Assembly: GCA_964016885.1 (NCBI GenBank)
Contig: OZ024740.1
Span: 119,474,001 to 119,538,000, forward strand
DNA: 64,000 bases
Reading direction: 5' to 3'
DNA from: Eledone cirrhosa
Lineage: Eukaryota
Made by a program: the position numbers and the translations under genes. Position 1 is the stretch's first letter. The number at the start of each line of letters is the position of its first letter. Positions 26,540-41,869 of this stretch are shown here, one piece after another. The notes beneath the pieces were generated by a model. That model ran no database searches and was not told where the DNA came from. It worked only from the letters and a program-made list of their open reading frames with translations.

Positions 26540-28579
26540 TAAAATACTGCCAACAGCAACACACACATTCAATCGCTATCGCCCTGTTGAGTAAAAAAAA
26601 TATAACCTCCAGCAATGCATGATGACCATCATCAATAACCAGAGAATAGCTGAAGAGAGCAGGGCCATTGAGAAAATCAAACTCAACCCCAAAGTGTTCT
26701 TCTCATTCGCTAAAAAAACACAAGGTCACCGTCTCCAATGTTGGCCCCCTAGTTGATGAAAGTGGCACACTCCAGGACAATGCCAAAACTATGGGCGAGA
26801 TACTGCAGAAACAATACTGCTCTGTTTTCAGCAACCCTGATATGGCCGATCTGGGCCGTATCAGTGATATTAACCCCCAACACACTATATCAGACATAAT
26901 GTTTGGTGCCACTGATGTCTTAGCGGCAATAAACGAAATTAAACACAATTCAGCAGTAGGCCCCGACAGGTTCCCTGATTGTGTCCTGAAGGTGTGTCGA
27001 CACCAACTTGCAACTACTCTTGCTAATCTGTGGAGGAACTCACGGGACACTGGCTATATTCCTGAAAACCTTCTGTCCCAGTCCATTGTCCCAGTCTTCA
27101 AAAAGGGAAATAAGTCCCTTGCAGTGAACTACCGTCCGATCTCACTCACATCTCATACTATCAAGGTATTTGAGAGGTTGGTGAGATCACGAATAACCCA
27201 CTTTCTTGAAAGCAACGACCTTCTGAACTCCAACCAACATGGGTTCCATAATGGAAGGGACTGCCTAACGCAGCTCCTGCATCACTTTGATGATGTTTTG
27301 AGAGCCTTGGGAGAGGGCTCCAACACTGATGTCATCTACCTTGATTTCAGCAAGGCCTTCGACAGGGTTAATCATAAGATTCTACTGAAAAAACTATCCA
27401 ATGTTGGTGTCTCTGGAAAGTTACTACAGTGGACCAAATGTTTCCAGCATGATGTAGTCGAAGGAGTAAAATCAAGCCCTGTCAAAGTCAGCAGTGGCGT
27501 CCCACAAGGCACAGTGTTGGGCCCACTTCTTTTCATCATCTACATTAATGACATTACTGACATCATCAAACACAGCAACATCAGAATCTTCGCAGATGAT
27601 TCCAAGCTCCAAAGGTTCATCAATGAGATGGGTGACCGGACTTGCCTTCAGTCAGACCTACTGGCTGTTATCCAATGGGCAGAGATGAATAATATGCTGT
27701 TGAATGACGATAAATTTGAACTAATCCACTTTGGAAAAAAGGATGCCCTGAAACTACCATACTCTCTTCCTTCGGGTGAAACTCTAGTGGCATCCAATAA
27801 CATCAGAGACCTGGGAGTAATTGTGGACAACAATATAAGCTGGGCAACTCATATAAACAGCAAAGTTGATATGGCCCGCAGAGTGTGTTCCTGGATTCTC
27901 AGAACTTTCCAGTTGAGAGATATCCACACTGTTGTCCATCTCTTCTCCACTTTCGCCCGACCCCACCTTCAATACTGTTGTCCACTGTGCTCACCCCAGA
28001 CGAAAGTATCATGAAAGTATCACGAAAGTATCATGAAAGTTGAAGCACCCTACAGGTCAATTACAAAATAGATAGTTGGCATGACAGGTTTTGACTATTG
28101 GGGTCGATTAGAAAAGCTCAAATTTTATTCTCTTCAACGTCGCCGTGAGCGCTGCATTATCTGTATGATGTGGAAAATATTCCATCAGCTTAGTCCAAAT
28201 GATGTTGGAATCACCTTTAGTGTACACCCAAGGCTTGGGCCCTGTGCTATCCACCCACGACAAAAATTCCACTCGCATCACATAACAACAATACGGCACA
28301 ATTATTTTAGCTCATTTGGCCCTACACTCTTTAACATTACACCAAAACACATCAATGCAGAGACAAACCACATCAAGTTCAAGAAGTCTTTGGATAAATT
28401 CCTTCAAGAAATCCCGGATAAGCCTCCTACACCCGGATATGCCTCCGTAAACAATAACTCTCTGCTCGAGTGGGCCATGGTGCCCAAACACTGATTTGTA
28501 AGACTTCGCCAGGTGGTGCTATTAAGTTAGACATGGCCTGGGCCAATACTGGCCGAAACCTATCAAAGTTTTCAAAGTT
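26540..28579 (+). mobile_element. CR1/Jockey-group LINE, 5'-truncated
   Basis: ORF 26668..28014 (NYRPISLT, QHGF, YLDFSKAFD, GVPQGTVLGPLLF, FADD, RDLG) and 28081..28494 (SLQRRRER); short tcaaagtt tail repeats. Confidence 0.9.
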
Positions 28580-28590
28580 ATATATATATG

Positions 28591-28634
<44 letters not shown>

Positions 28635-28650
28635 TATATATATATATATA

Positions 28651-28696
<46 letters not shown>

Positions 28697-28890
28697 GTTT
28701 TAATATAGATGAGATTCTACAGGACTAGAACTGTTTCATTCTTTAGAAATCATCAGGAATTCCTGATGATTTCTAAAGAATGAAACAGTTCTAGTCCTGC
28801 AGAATCTCATCTATATTAAAACTTTTATACTCTGCAATGTATTGAGTACCTTACTTACTGTGGTTACCTCCGATTCAGCCCGGAATAACG
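28697..28890. mobile_element. minimal palindromic fold-back element centred at 28759/28760 with hammerheads
   Basis: 63-bp arms with one mismatch; - strand 28714-28760 attc-CTGATGA-tttctaaagaat-GAAAC-ag..ct-GTA-gaat; + arm has GCA instead of GTA. Confidence 0.9.
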
Positions 28891-28937
<47 letters not shown>

Positions 28938-29493
28938 ATGGAATGACAGGAGGCTGGATTTGTGTAAATCCTTGAAAGGTTTATTATACTATGATCATTT
29001 CAATGACCGGGTTCCGTATGAATCCGGTGATATCATCAGGTATTCGAAATATAATACGTTAATGTAATAGATAAAATCCATGGGGCCGAAAATCGAGGAC
29101 CCGAGGGCGACCGCTATTCTGTTCCTTCAACCTCAGCCGGTCGCCCTGGAGTGACGTGTCTAAAGTTTATAGTATGCTACTACCGGTCAGATAAGCGAAA
29201 ACAGAAAGGGATGGGAACATAAGTTAACGTCAATCTCATGACACAAGGTAAAAGAAAGAAGGAAGGAAGGAGAGAGAAGAAGGGGAAAGAAAGAAGAAGA
29301 GAAGCCAGGGTTAATGTCAGCTAAAAGAAGAAAGGCAACGACTACCGGTCAGATATAGGCAAGCAAGAGGGGGAAGGAAGATAAGTCTGCGGGCGACCGA
29401 CTGAGGTTGAAGGAACAGAATAGCGGTCGCCCTCGGGTCCTCGATGTTCGGCCCCATGGATTTTATCTATTACATTCACGTATTATATTTCGA

Positions 29494-29551
29494 ATACCTG
29501 ATGATATCACCAGATTCATACGGAACCCGGTCATTGAAATGATCATAGTAT
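29494..29551 (+). ncRNA. type I hammerhead (also 31885-31942 + and 28986-29043 -)
   Basis: atac-CTGATGA-stem II (accgg/ccggt in the - copy)-GAAA-tgatc-ATA-gtat; palindromic stem III ATGATCAT. Confidence 0.75.
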
Positions 29552-30044
29552 AATAAACCTTTCAAGGATTTACACAAATCCAGCCTCCTGTCATTTCATT
29601 ATAATATTTAACTCCGTAATAGCACCACCAACTACAAAAACAAAGACGGTTGAACTGCCTTACGTTGAGTACTCTCTATATTATTGCATTACGATTGACC
29701 ATACGGAATAGACCAGCTCTATACAGTGGTGAACCTCAAACCTGAATAAATAATGCTCCTGAAATGTTGAGCACTTCAAAATGTAATAATGAACAGCGGC
29801 ATGGGACTGAATATATCTAACCACAATTCGAACTTTGGCTACCCGGTGTTTTCGCCTGGCCCATTGCTACTCCCGTCTCTGTAAATTCGAACTTCGACGA
29901 AACTCCACGGATTAGACCATTACATGTATTGTACTGCACTGCATTAACTAAATCGCTACCCTATACTTCTGGGCATGTATAACTCACACTGAATTCCCAG
30001 ACTCGAACACACACTGTTTCCACATGTATATGCATTATCTGACT

Positions 30045-30760
30045 GCAACTTGAACTATATTGTATTTCTCCTGTGTCTTGAACTCTCCATTTAATAGACA
30101 ACGACTCTTGTTTGTTTATTTATATCTTTACATCTTTATTTGCTGTATTAATGCCCCTCCACGTATTCTACCTCTATACATCCATGTACTGTTTACTTCC
30201 CTTATTCGGACTTTTATTCGCGTGTACCCTTAGCACACGTCACTGGAATATCTCCCCCTGGGAACATAAATACCGCAACCTGAACTATATTGTATTTCTC
30301 CTGGGTCTTGAACTCTACATTTACTAGACAACGACAATTGTTTGTTTATTTATATCTTCACATCTTTATTTGCTGTATTAATGCCTTTCCACGTACTCTA
30401 CCTCTATACATCCATGTACTTTTCACTTCCCTTATTCGGACTTTTACTCGCGTGCACCCTTAGCACACGACACAGGACCCCTCCCCCCCCCGGGAACATA
30501 AATACTGCAACCTGAACTATATTGTAATTCTCCTATGTCTTGATTTCTCCATCTTACTCCAACACCACTCTTGTTGGTTTATTTACATATTTATACCTAT
30601 ATATTGATATGTTTATATATTTATACCTCTGCTGTACCAATGTGCTCTTCCACGTATTCCACTTCTATGTATCCATCTATTTCTACTCCTCATATTAGGA
30701 CCTGTACCCATTAGCACACGACACTAGAATGTCTCCTCCTGAGAACAAAAATTAAACATT
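30045..30760 (+). repeat. about three diverged ~230-bp tandem units
   Basis: gcaac(t/c)tgaactatattgta at ~30045, ~30276, ~30507. Confidence 0.85.
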
Positions 30761-32121
30761 ACACGACCATATCCCGTACTCTACATCCCACTAGGATAAA
30801 TTACAGATCTACATAATACAATTAACGTTTCTTCATAAAGACTCTATTTAATTAAACCCTGCAACCCAAAACCTCATAGAAGTTATTTGAATGTTTAATC
30901 TTCAATTTTCTGTTTGTTCAATTCTCAAACTTCTTACTCCTTAGTTTTATAATGTTATTCTGAATTCTTTCAACTTCATCCGATAGAGTTAAGCAAAATT
31001 CTGAAGTTCCAACTTTCTGTCGGACTGTTGTGTGGGTTTTAATGGCGGCGCGACCAGCTCCCTGGCGCACGAGCTGACCTGGAGTCCTTGGAAAAATAAA
31101 TTTCCCCTTCTTTCGGTAAATGAAAATACTCGGCGTGGCTTAATTCGCCATGGGGCCCGGGGCGCGGCCGGTGTTTTAACAGCCACATAGTACCTTTAAA
31201 TTACAGAACAAATCGGAACTATTAGATATATCAACCTGAAGGTGTTAAACTGTTTAAATTTTCTAACCTCTTTGATATTGAATATTGATTATTAATTTTT
31301 TAACTTCATCCTATAAGTCTAAACATTGTAACACACTGACCCCCAATATATTCACCTCTGCTAAGATGCGGGTCCCTGTGAAAATGATCTCGCGCTACTC
31401 CAGGCCCGACTGTGGTCTGACATTAATATCGACCTTTCCTCCTCTTTCTTTCTATCTTCCTTCTTGTAGCCATCAACCCTTACTTTTCTACTTCTCTCAC
31501 TCTTCCTTCTCTTCTCCCCTCTTCCTGTCTTCCTCCCGCAGACTTATCTTCCTTCCCCCTCTTGCTTGCCTATATCTGACCGCTAGTAGTTGCCTTTCTT
31601 CTTTTAGCTGACATTAACCCTGGCTTCTCTTCTTCTTGCTTCCCCCTTCTTATCTCTCCTTCCTTCCTTCTTTTTTTTACCTTGTGTCATGAGATTGACG
31701 TTAACTTATGTTCCTATCCCTTTCTGTTTTCGCTTATCTGACCGGTAGTAGCATACTATAAACTTTAGCCACGTCACTCCAGGGCGACCGGCTGAGGTTG
31801 AAGGAACAGAATAGCGGTCGCCCTCGGGTCCTCGATTTTCGGCCCCATGGATTTTATCTATTACATTCACGTATTATATTTCGAATACCTGATGATATCA
31901 CTGGATTCATACGGAACCCGGTCATTGAAATGATCATAGTACAATAAACACAAGTCCAGCCTCCTGTCATTTCATTATAATATTTAAGTCCGTAATAGCA
32001 CCACCAACTACAAAAACAAAGACGGTTGAACTGCCTTACGTTGAGTACTCTCTATATTATTGCATTACGATTGACCATACGGAATAGACCAGCTCTATAC
32101 AGTGGTGAACCTCAAACCTGA

Positions 32122-32159
<38 letters not shown>

Positions 32160-32184
32160 GTATATTTATATATATGCGTGTTTA

Positions 32185-32910
<726 letters not shown>

Positions 32911-32967
32911 ATATGTATATATATATATATACATATATATATACATACATATAAGTATATATATATA

Positions 32968-33076
<109 letters not shown>

Positions 33077-33110
33077 ATATATATATATATGTCTATATAT
33101 ATATATGTAT

Positions 33111-33141
<31 letters not shown>

Positions 33142-33142
<1 letters not shown>

Positions 33143-33423
33143 GAAGTTATTCTGTCGGTTAGTTTGTTAGCCTTGACGGCGACCCTCTCTCTATGATGGC
33201 TACCCTCTCTCTATCTCTCTATCTCTCTATCTATCTCTAAGCCACCTATTACCTCCCGTCCCCTCTTCACCCATTCCTCCTCACTCATCTTGAAGTTATT
33301 CTATCGGTTAGTTTGTTTGCCTTGACGGCGACCCTCACTGCCCACCTCACAATTTCCCTCCCACCCACTCCCTCACACCACCATAGCCTATTCGACCAAT
33401 CAAACCTCAGCATGCCATTTCTT

Positions 33424-33463
<40 letters not shown>

Positions 33464-36400
33464 CTAACTCTCTCCTTCCACGTCCCAGCCCAACACACCC
33501 TGCCATTATTACCACCACCACTGTTCTTCTAGCCCTGAATTTTCCTACCGTTATTTATGGATGAGCTGAGAATAAATTGTAGCAACTCTGAATTAATAGA
33601 TGAAATGAATATGAATCCGCGAGCTACCAAGCACCCATGTGAAGCCCCAATCCAGAGAGAGGAAGCACACACACACCCCTGCAAAAATCGACCCTTCCCT
33701 ACGAGTGTCGACAAATGCCCAATACTCCGAGTTGGTGCCATCAATGTAAGCACAATGAAAGGAAGAGCAGGAGAAATCGTAGAAATGCTAGAGCGAAAGG
33801 AAATTGATGTATGCTGTGTGCAAGAGACTAGATGGAGAGGAGAGTCCGCTAGAGTCTCTGTAGGAAAAAGTCAGTGCTACAAATTTTTCTGGGTGGGAAA
33901 TGACGATGGGATGGGTGGTGTAGGTATAATACTAGCTGACAAGTGGGAAGATAAAGTAATCTCAGTGTACAGGGTAAATGCAAGAATCATTAAACTCAGA
34001 CTAGTCCTGAATAAAACAATTACCACAATAATATCAGCTTACGCACCCCAATCGGGGTTGCCAGACGAACTTAAGGATAGATTGTACGAGTCCCTAATGC
34101 ACAATGCTGCTCTAACAAACGACAATGACTTCCTAATCATCGCAGGAGATTTTAACGGTCACGTAGGTAAACAATGTGACGGCTTCAATAGAGTCCATGG
34201 ATGCCATGGGTTTGGCACAAGAATTGAAGAAGGATTCAGACTTCTAGAATTCTGCGACGCCAATGACATGTCGATATGTAACACAAATTTCAAAAAACCC
34301 GACAACCACCTGATCACCTATAGATCAGGGGAGCATTCTAGTCAGATAGATTTTATCCTCATCAGAGGACGTGACAGATGGACGGTCGTAAACACAAAAG
34401 CCTTCCCTAGTGAGGAATGTACTTCGCAACATAGCTTAGTTGTCAACGACCTCACGGTCAGAACTAGACGAACCTGGAAACAGAGGCCAACCTGGAGAAG
34501 AAAGATCTGGAAGCTAAAAGACCCCTCAGCCAGTAACAGATTTAAAGATATTTTACTCAACTCCTACCACAGTAGAGAAGAACAGATAGAGACATTCAAT
34601 GTAGAAGAGCACTGGGAGTTCCTAAAAATAACTTACTAGAGGCGACGGATGAGGTCTGTGGCTGGAGTAAGACCACAACTTGGAGGAGAGTGACTTGGTG
34701 GTGGAACAATAAGATAGATGAGGCAGTTAAGGCCAAGAGACAGGCATGGAAAGAATGGAAGAACGGGGGAAGCAGAGTACATTACATAGAGACCAAGAGG
34801 GAAGCTAGGCGACATGTATACTTAGCTAGGAGGGAAGCAGAGGAGAGAAAATTCAAGCATGTTTTGCAACGTGAGGACCAGAAACAGGAGGTGTTCAAGA
34901 TTGCAAGGCAGTGTGTCAGAGAGAATTGTTATGTCATTGGAGAGAAGTGTATCTGGAATGAAAAAGGTGAGCTTGCTCTCACAAGTGCTGAGAAGAAAGA
35001 TGCATGGAAGAGTCATTATGAACGATTACTAAATGAGGCGAATGCATGGGAAGAAGAGACCCTACCCCAAGTAGACCCTATAGAGGGGCCAGCAGTACAA
35101 GTCAGCAGCAGCGTAGTAAGTAAGGCAATCAAAGATATAAAGATTGGGAAGGCAACCGGTCCATCGGGTATAACTGCCGAGATGCTGAAGGCATCTGGGT
35201 CTGTAGGTCACACTATAACCACACGTATTGTTTAATACTAGGTTTCATACCAAAAGATTGGTGCAGCAGCTTCATTGTCAACTGCTACAAAGGTAAAGGT
35301 GATGCACTCGATAGAGGAAACTATAGAGGTACAAACCTGATGGACCAGGTCATGAAAGTAACAGAAAGAGTTATAGCACAGTTGATTAGGGACCGGGTGA
35401 AAGTAGATGAGGTGCAATTTGGGTTTGTACCAGGAAGAGGCACTACTAATGCCCTTTTCCTTGTGAGGCAGTTACAGGAAAAGTACCTAGCTAAAAGTAA
35501 GCCACTCTACCTGGCATTCGTCGATCAGGAGAAAGCCTTTTGACAGAGTTCCACGTGCTGTAATCTGGTGGGCTCTTAGAGAACTAGGAGTAGATGAATC
35601 GCTTGTGAAAGCTGTACAAACCATGTATAGGGGAGCAGTCAGCAAAGTTAGGATTAGCAATGAGTATAGCGAGGAATTTAGCGTACAGGTTGGTGTCCTC
35701 CAGGGCTCTGCTCTTAGCCCTCTCCTGTTCATCATAGTCCTGCAGGAAATAACGGAGGAGTTTAAGACCGGATGCCCATGGGAACTCCTGTATGCTGATG
35801 ACCTCGCACTTATAGCTGAATCTATGGAAGAACTAGAGAAGAAATTCCAAACTTGGAAGCAGGGACTAGAAAGAAAGGGTCTCAAAGTCAACATGACAAA
35901 GACTAAGGACCTTGTAAGTAGACGAGAAAACAGAACCCAGATCCCCTCAGGGAAATGGCCTTGATCAATATGTAAGGAAGGTGTAGGTAGTAACTCCATT
36001 CTCTGCCCCAAATGCAAAAAATGGATACACAAGAGATGTAGTGGGATCTCAGGAAGCTTAATTAAGAATGTAGGCTTCACATACAGCAGCTGTGCTGGGA
36101 CAGCAAGCAGCAAACAGCCACAGGAAAAAAGTACCACCAATCTCTGGGAGGGCTCTGTAGAGACAGTAGACAGCTTCTGCTACCTAGGTGACCAAATTAG
36201 CAGCGGAGGTGGGTGTTCAGAAAGTACAATAACTAGGGTAAGAACGGGATGGAAGAAATTCAGGGAACTACTGCCACTGCTAGCTGCAAAAGGCTTCTCC
36301 CTCAAAATGAAAGGCAGACAGTATGATGCGTGTATCCGAACAGCAATGTAAAATCGTAGTGAGACCTGGGCGCTGAAGGTGGAAGACTTACGTAGATTAG

Positions 36401-37002
36401 AGTGAAACGAAGCCTGCATGCTCCGATGGATGTGTAATAGTAATATACGCTACCGGCAAAGCATAAATGAATTGCGAGAGAGACTGAGCATCAGAGGAAT
36501 CAAATGCTGTACGGAGGAGAGCGGTTGCGTTGGTATGGACATGTGATGCGTATAAAGGATGACAGCTGCATAAAAAGGTGCAGAGCACTAGAAGTTGATG
36601 GAAACCGCGGAGTGGTGAGACCCAAGATGACCTGGGATGAGGTGATAAAAGCCGCCCTTACCTAATTACAGCTCTCAAAGGCGATGACACACGGCCTTGA
36701 CCTCTGGCGTTACGCAGTAATACAGACTAGCCGACCTCCCAAGGGTACTAGCTGAAGCATATAGACTATATGCCCCCAAAACCAACCACTGCAAGGTGGT
36801 CGTGGAGGTGCAACGGCAAAAAAGCACCCAGTCCACACTGTAAAGTGGACGTGTAGGCGCCACGAAAAAGCAGCCAGCACTCACTGTAAATGAGGTTGGT
36901 GTTAGGAAGGACATCCAGCTGTAGAAATCAAGCCAAATCAATTCATGTATGAGCAAGGCATGGTCAGCCGACCAGACACTGCCCACAATAGGACAACCCG
37001 CC
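33142..37002 (+). mobile_element. near full-length RTE-clade LINE, disrupted; same family as 17165-20413
   Basis: ORF 33557..34639 APE (GAINV, CVQET, SAYAPQ, AGDFN, QIDFI); RT fragments QGSALSPLLF, YADD; duplicated ~45-bp 5' motif at 33142 and 33291. Confidence 0.92.
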
Positions 37003-37219
37003 CTTTTTCAGTCATATATATTTTTATTTGTCTGACCCGAATTCTGTTGGTCGCGTTTTTCGGCTGTGCGAATGATTGTTTAAGCATCGACTCAGTGTGT
37101 TGGTATTTAAACGTTAGTTATAGCTCTGGTTTATCCAAACTATTGAGCACTTTGCCACACATTTCGAAGATTGTGTTTCGTTATTTCGTGGGCTGAGGTT
37201 CTGATTCTCGATAATTTAA

Positions 37220-37593
<374 letters not shown>

Positions 37594-37595
37594 TT

Positions 37596-40500
37596 AATAT
37601 TAAGTATACTATTTATGGTTATGTATATATTAAACTTTTTATAGTTATGTATATGTCAAACCTTAAACAGTGAAGGTCAGTAATGTATTACTACCTTATT
37701 ACCAGTAAGATAAATAGCTGAATGTAATAACATCAGTTATTCTACATAGCAGTTATATAGAATTCACAAGAATCAAAGCTATGTTCAAAGCATTTATTCA
37801 CTTACAATTGTTTCAACCAAACCTAGGATTGGGTTTCGGAGCATTTTTCAATGTTTGCACATATAATTGACCTCCTTTCCGACGCAAGAGTCATACAGAT
37901 ACATATATATATATATATATATTGATGTACAGTGGAGTGACATATATTATACTATACTATATTTGTGCAGCAATTCAAATTCAAGATCAAAATCAAAATT
38001 AAAATTAGAATAAATATCAAAATTAAAATACATTCGGCAGATAACACAGATAATGCAGGAGGATAGTTTGATAGTCAGATCTAGTAGGTAGTGTATGCGT
38101 TAGTTACACATGGAGCATGCAAGTGTGTCTCATTTTTATACGATTATTGTGCGGCAAGGTGTTATATGCAATGCAAGCACTTTAAGCGGGTAAGCAAGAG
38201 TATTATGGTGTTTGTAGTGGTAGGGTATTTTTAGTATAGATCAAAAAACTATGTGTGCAGAATAAGAAAAAGAAGAAGCAAAATAAAGTTATAGTTTTCG
38301 TATTCACCACCATTTTCACATTCAGAAAAGGAAAAATATTGTTTACATCCATCACATAAGTAACGATGATTCCGTAGTGAATATTTGATGCATTAAATTA
38401 TTGTAGTGTATTGAGGCTCGGTGTTATTTAATCCATATTTATAGAATAGGTTCTTTCTGCTGCGAGAATTTACAGTGGTTTATTACCCGGGAGTATGTGT
38501 GTAATTAAGGGGAGTTAATGCGTAAGGGGAGGTAACTAGCTCATAACTAAATTCATTGTTCTAACATACATTATATGGTGCCTCAATTGAGTCCCTTATA
38601 TAAACGGTTATATATTTATATCTAGTTTTAAATTTTAAATACAGTCTACTCTATCATAATGTACTAAAGGTATCTATAATAAGTTGATTACTCCTTATTA
38701 TATAGTGCTACAATTTAATTTCCCATACAAAGTGCCATATCTTTATATCAAAGTTCACTGTAAATACAGTCTACTCTCAAAACACATCAGAGGACCTATT
38801 AGAATTTTGTCTACATAACCCCTGGTAAGTTATGGAGCAGCGTATGGCTGTTGGCACGACAAAACCAAATACATCTCTAGGGCAGACAAATACATCCCTC
38901 ATTTACAATGTCATTAATCTATCTATCAAGTTATACTTGCATATATAATTCTTATATAATTCATATATAATTCATTGCAGCACCCTACATATAAGTTAGA
39001 CAGATCCCTTATGTTAATAAATTAATCCTATATATATCCAATGTTATTACTCCATACAGTTAATTGCAATTGCATATATAATTCACTGCCGTATCTAGTA
39101 TTTAAAGTTTATATAGACTGTATTATATCACTACATAATTATAAGTAATTGAAAGTAATTATATTAAAAGTAGGTGTTTATGTGGATATTTCTAGGGTAT
39201 AAAGTTATAGATGGAATGATTTGTGTCGAGATAGGGTGGATCAGAGAGTGTGGTCTTTCTGGTGTAAGACGTGCCCTTGAGGTGTGGTGTTAGAAGCGGT
39301 GATGGGTTCAAGTCTGGTATTGTTATATATTGGGTTCAAAGTTTCGGAAGGAGTGCCAGAAGCGGTGCTGGCACGACGCAAACACTTCCGATTTTTTTAT
39401 TAAGGAGGTTAAGGTTCGAGAAGATTATAGTATGGGTCTCTAGTAGACAAAGGTTACAGAATTTATTAGGTGGTCTGTACGATGCCGCCTTACCTATCAC
39501 TTCCCATTGAAGTGTATAAGATCTATTTCTAGTTTTTAGACAGTGTATGTAGCTAGATAGTGAAGTGGAGTTGGCTAGACTGTGCTTTTTTGAAAGAATG
39601 GAGGTGTGAATTGTATCTGGTTTTGAAGCAGTTCGAAGTAGAGCCTATATAGTTTTCAGAAGAGTTGCTAGTTCTGACGGTGCATGAGTATATGATGTCC
39701 TTGATTAAGCAGCTTTTATCTAAAGGGCAGGTTCTATTAGATCTAGTTACAATTTTTTTTTATGTTTTTTATTATGTTGTATAGAAGTCTGGTTGCTAGG
39801 TATTGCATTATGGCTAAGGGGGCTGTCGCTCCCAGTGTTATTGATTTCACTAGTGTTATTACTATTATTACTATTGATATCAGGGTTTGCAGATATTACG
39901 TTGTTTTGAAAGTTTACCCCTGCTGTCTTTTAGTTTGTTGAAAGTAAGTATTAATCTTTCTTTTATTGCTACTAGCTATGTGCTATGCTATGTTAGGCGT
40001 GGTAAAGTAGGAGATTTTAATGGTGTTTTTATTTATAAGACTATGTTACTTGTGGCCAGATGGGAAGTTTTTATCCAGGAGTGAGAAGAAAGCCTTAGGT
40101 AGGTCGGTAGAGACGTTTAGATTGAAAGGGGGGTTGAAAAATGTATTAGTTCTATTTTTGTTTTTTATGTCTGGTGAGATGTTTTCGTTTATGGTATGTT
40201 GGTGTCCTCTCTGGTGTGAGTTACGTTTGTTGCCACCCTTCGTACTAGTGTGTGTGTGGTTATTATACTTATTACTATGTTTCCTCATGGACATATTGTG
40301 CGAAATAATGTTGTAACTATGTGTTTTTATAGGTAGGAACTCGATCTCATTATTATGTCCTGATCTAGCTAATGCCTGTATTGTGAGTTTTTGCTAAATA
40401 AGGTTTCGTCATAAGATAGATTAGAGATTCTTTTGGATATTCCTTTAGAGATAGAGTTTCATATTGATCTAGGGTGGTTAGACTTGCTATCTACGTAAAT

Positions 40501-41865
40501 CAGTTTTTCGTTAGGTTTATGGAATGGTCTATATATGTTAGAGTCTAGGTAAAGGGTGGCATCTAGGAAGTTAACGTTTTTAGTGTTTTTGTCTATGGTG
40601 ATACTTATGTTATAATTTTTGAAAGTCTTGTGCAATAGTTTTCTAGTTGTTTCTATATTAAATTTGTTATAGTCTATAAGGAGTAGTGCATCGTCGCGGT
40701 ACAAACCACCGTTGAGGTATGGAAGGTCCTTATGGATTTCGTTTAGTAGGTAAAGGCCCACCAAATCAGTGACCTGCGCCGAGTCACTAGATCCCATGGT
40801 TATGTCAAAGTTGTTATGCGTATCCTTGCGTGTCCATAACTGGTCTTCAAAAGTGATTACGGTTTTGCGGGCCGCAAGTATGACATCAATCTGGGGTCTA
40901 GTCAGGTCACTATTGTTCATGGCCATAATTAGTGCCTTATTTAATAGGATAGGGGAAATAGATGTGTAGTATGAATTGATATCAAATTGAATAAATGTTT
41001 TATTTTTGTTTTCCTTGATATCCTTAAACCATTCAATAACTACACCTGTATTTCCCCACTGTTTAAGGTATATTTTGTGTTTAATCTGTGGGATGATTTT
41101 ATCTAAACTTTTCTTACTGATAATGCCAATGTCAGACTTGGAAGGGCAGATTAGTCTAATCGAAGGGTTACTAATGAAATCCTCCTTATGGTCCTTCAGG
41201 GAGAATCTAGGGGGGGGGGGGGGTATATGGTTGTGTATGTCTCTGAAGTCCCAGTTTGTACACTATATTACGGCCTTCTAAATTAATATCTTCTAGGTTT
41301 TTTTATAGTAGTTTTCTTCTAGCTCTTGTGTCGTTCATTATATATACACTTTCTATATGTATCATAATCTAGGCTGTATATGTTATTAGTTTTGTCCGCA
41401 TGCTCAATAATTTTACTACTTGTTTTGAATCCATTAATAGAGGCGTTAAGTTTGTTTAAGAAGGTGTTGTTTCTATTACGATGCTTTTTGTATTTAATTT
41501 TCTTAACTAGTTTTATTAGGTCATTTTCAAAGGAATTTAGTAGTATGTTGTGAGGGGGGCTTCTAAAAGTTTTAAAGCCGAAGGAGTCGAATTTGTTAGT
41601 ATCATCTATTTTGTTAGATTTGTTTTTATCATAATGGAATGTCCTCCATCTCACTCTATTGATAAAGGAGTTGACACTATTGATCAATAATTTTTCGTGT
41701 GTATCTTTGGATGGTATTGATGTGTTCTTAGATGACATAGGAAGTTGGTCTTTGATCAGCATACTGGTAATTTAATGTATGTCAGCTCAACAGTATGGAG
41801 CAGTTAATAATATTAAGGATACTATTTATGGTTATGTATATATTAAACTTTTTATAGTTATGAAT
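37596..41865 (-). mobile_element. near full-length Naiad-like PLE, frameshifted, with ~1.7-kb 3' region and partial-tandem ends
   Basis: ORFs 41319..41762 (FINRVRWR, ADKT), 40459..40926 (FDITMGSSDSA, GLYRDD, NFLD, SNHP), 40046..40294 (FNPPF); GIY-YIG relic ~39400-39750; 37596-37650 repeated at 41807-41862; decayed HHR 37799-37843. Confidence 0.88.
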
Positions 41866-41869
41866 ATTA

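Larger units (their letters stand above)
28932..32124 (+). mobile_element. non-coding PLE-type/retrozyme-like element: inverted pLTR + 2391-bp monomer bounded by direct repeats
   Basis: direct repeats ~29391-29748 and ~31782-32124; 28932-29392 is the reverse complement of ~31535-31978; no RT/EN ORF; (TA)n both sides. Confidence 0.85.

Noticed and set aside
30045-30760. CRISPR-like repeat-spacer array
   Set aside because: Whole ~230-bp units are homologous (no unique spacers); eukaryotic context; no cas genes
37003-37220. Unassigned 220-bp segment after the RTE 3' end
   Set aside because: No second copy, ORF or ribozyme core found in the window
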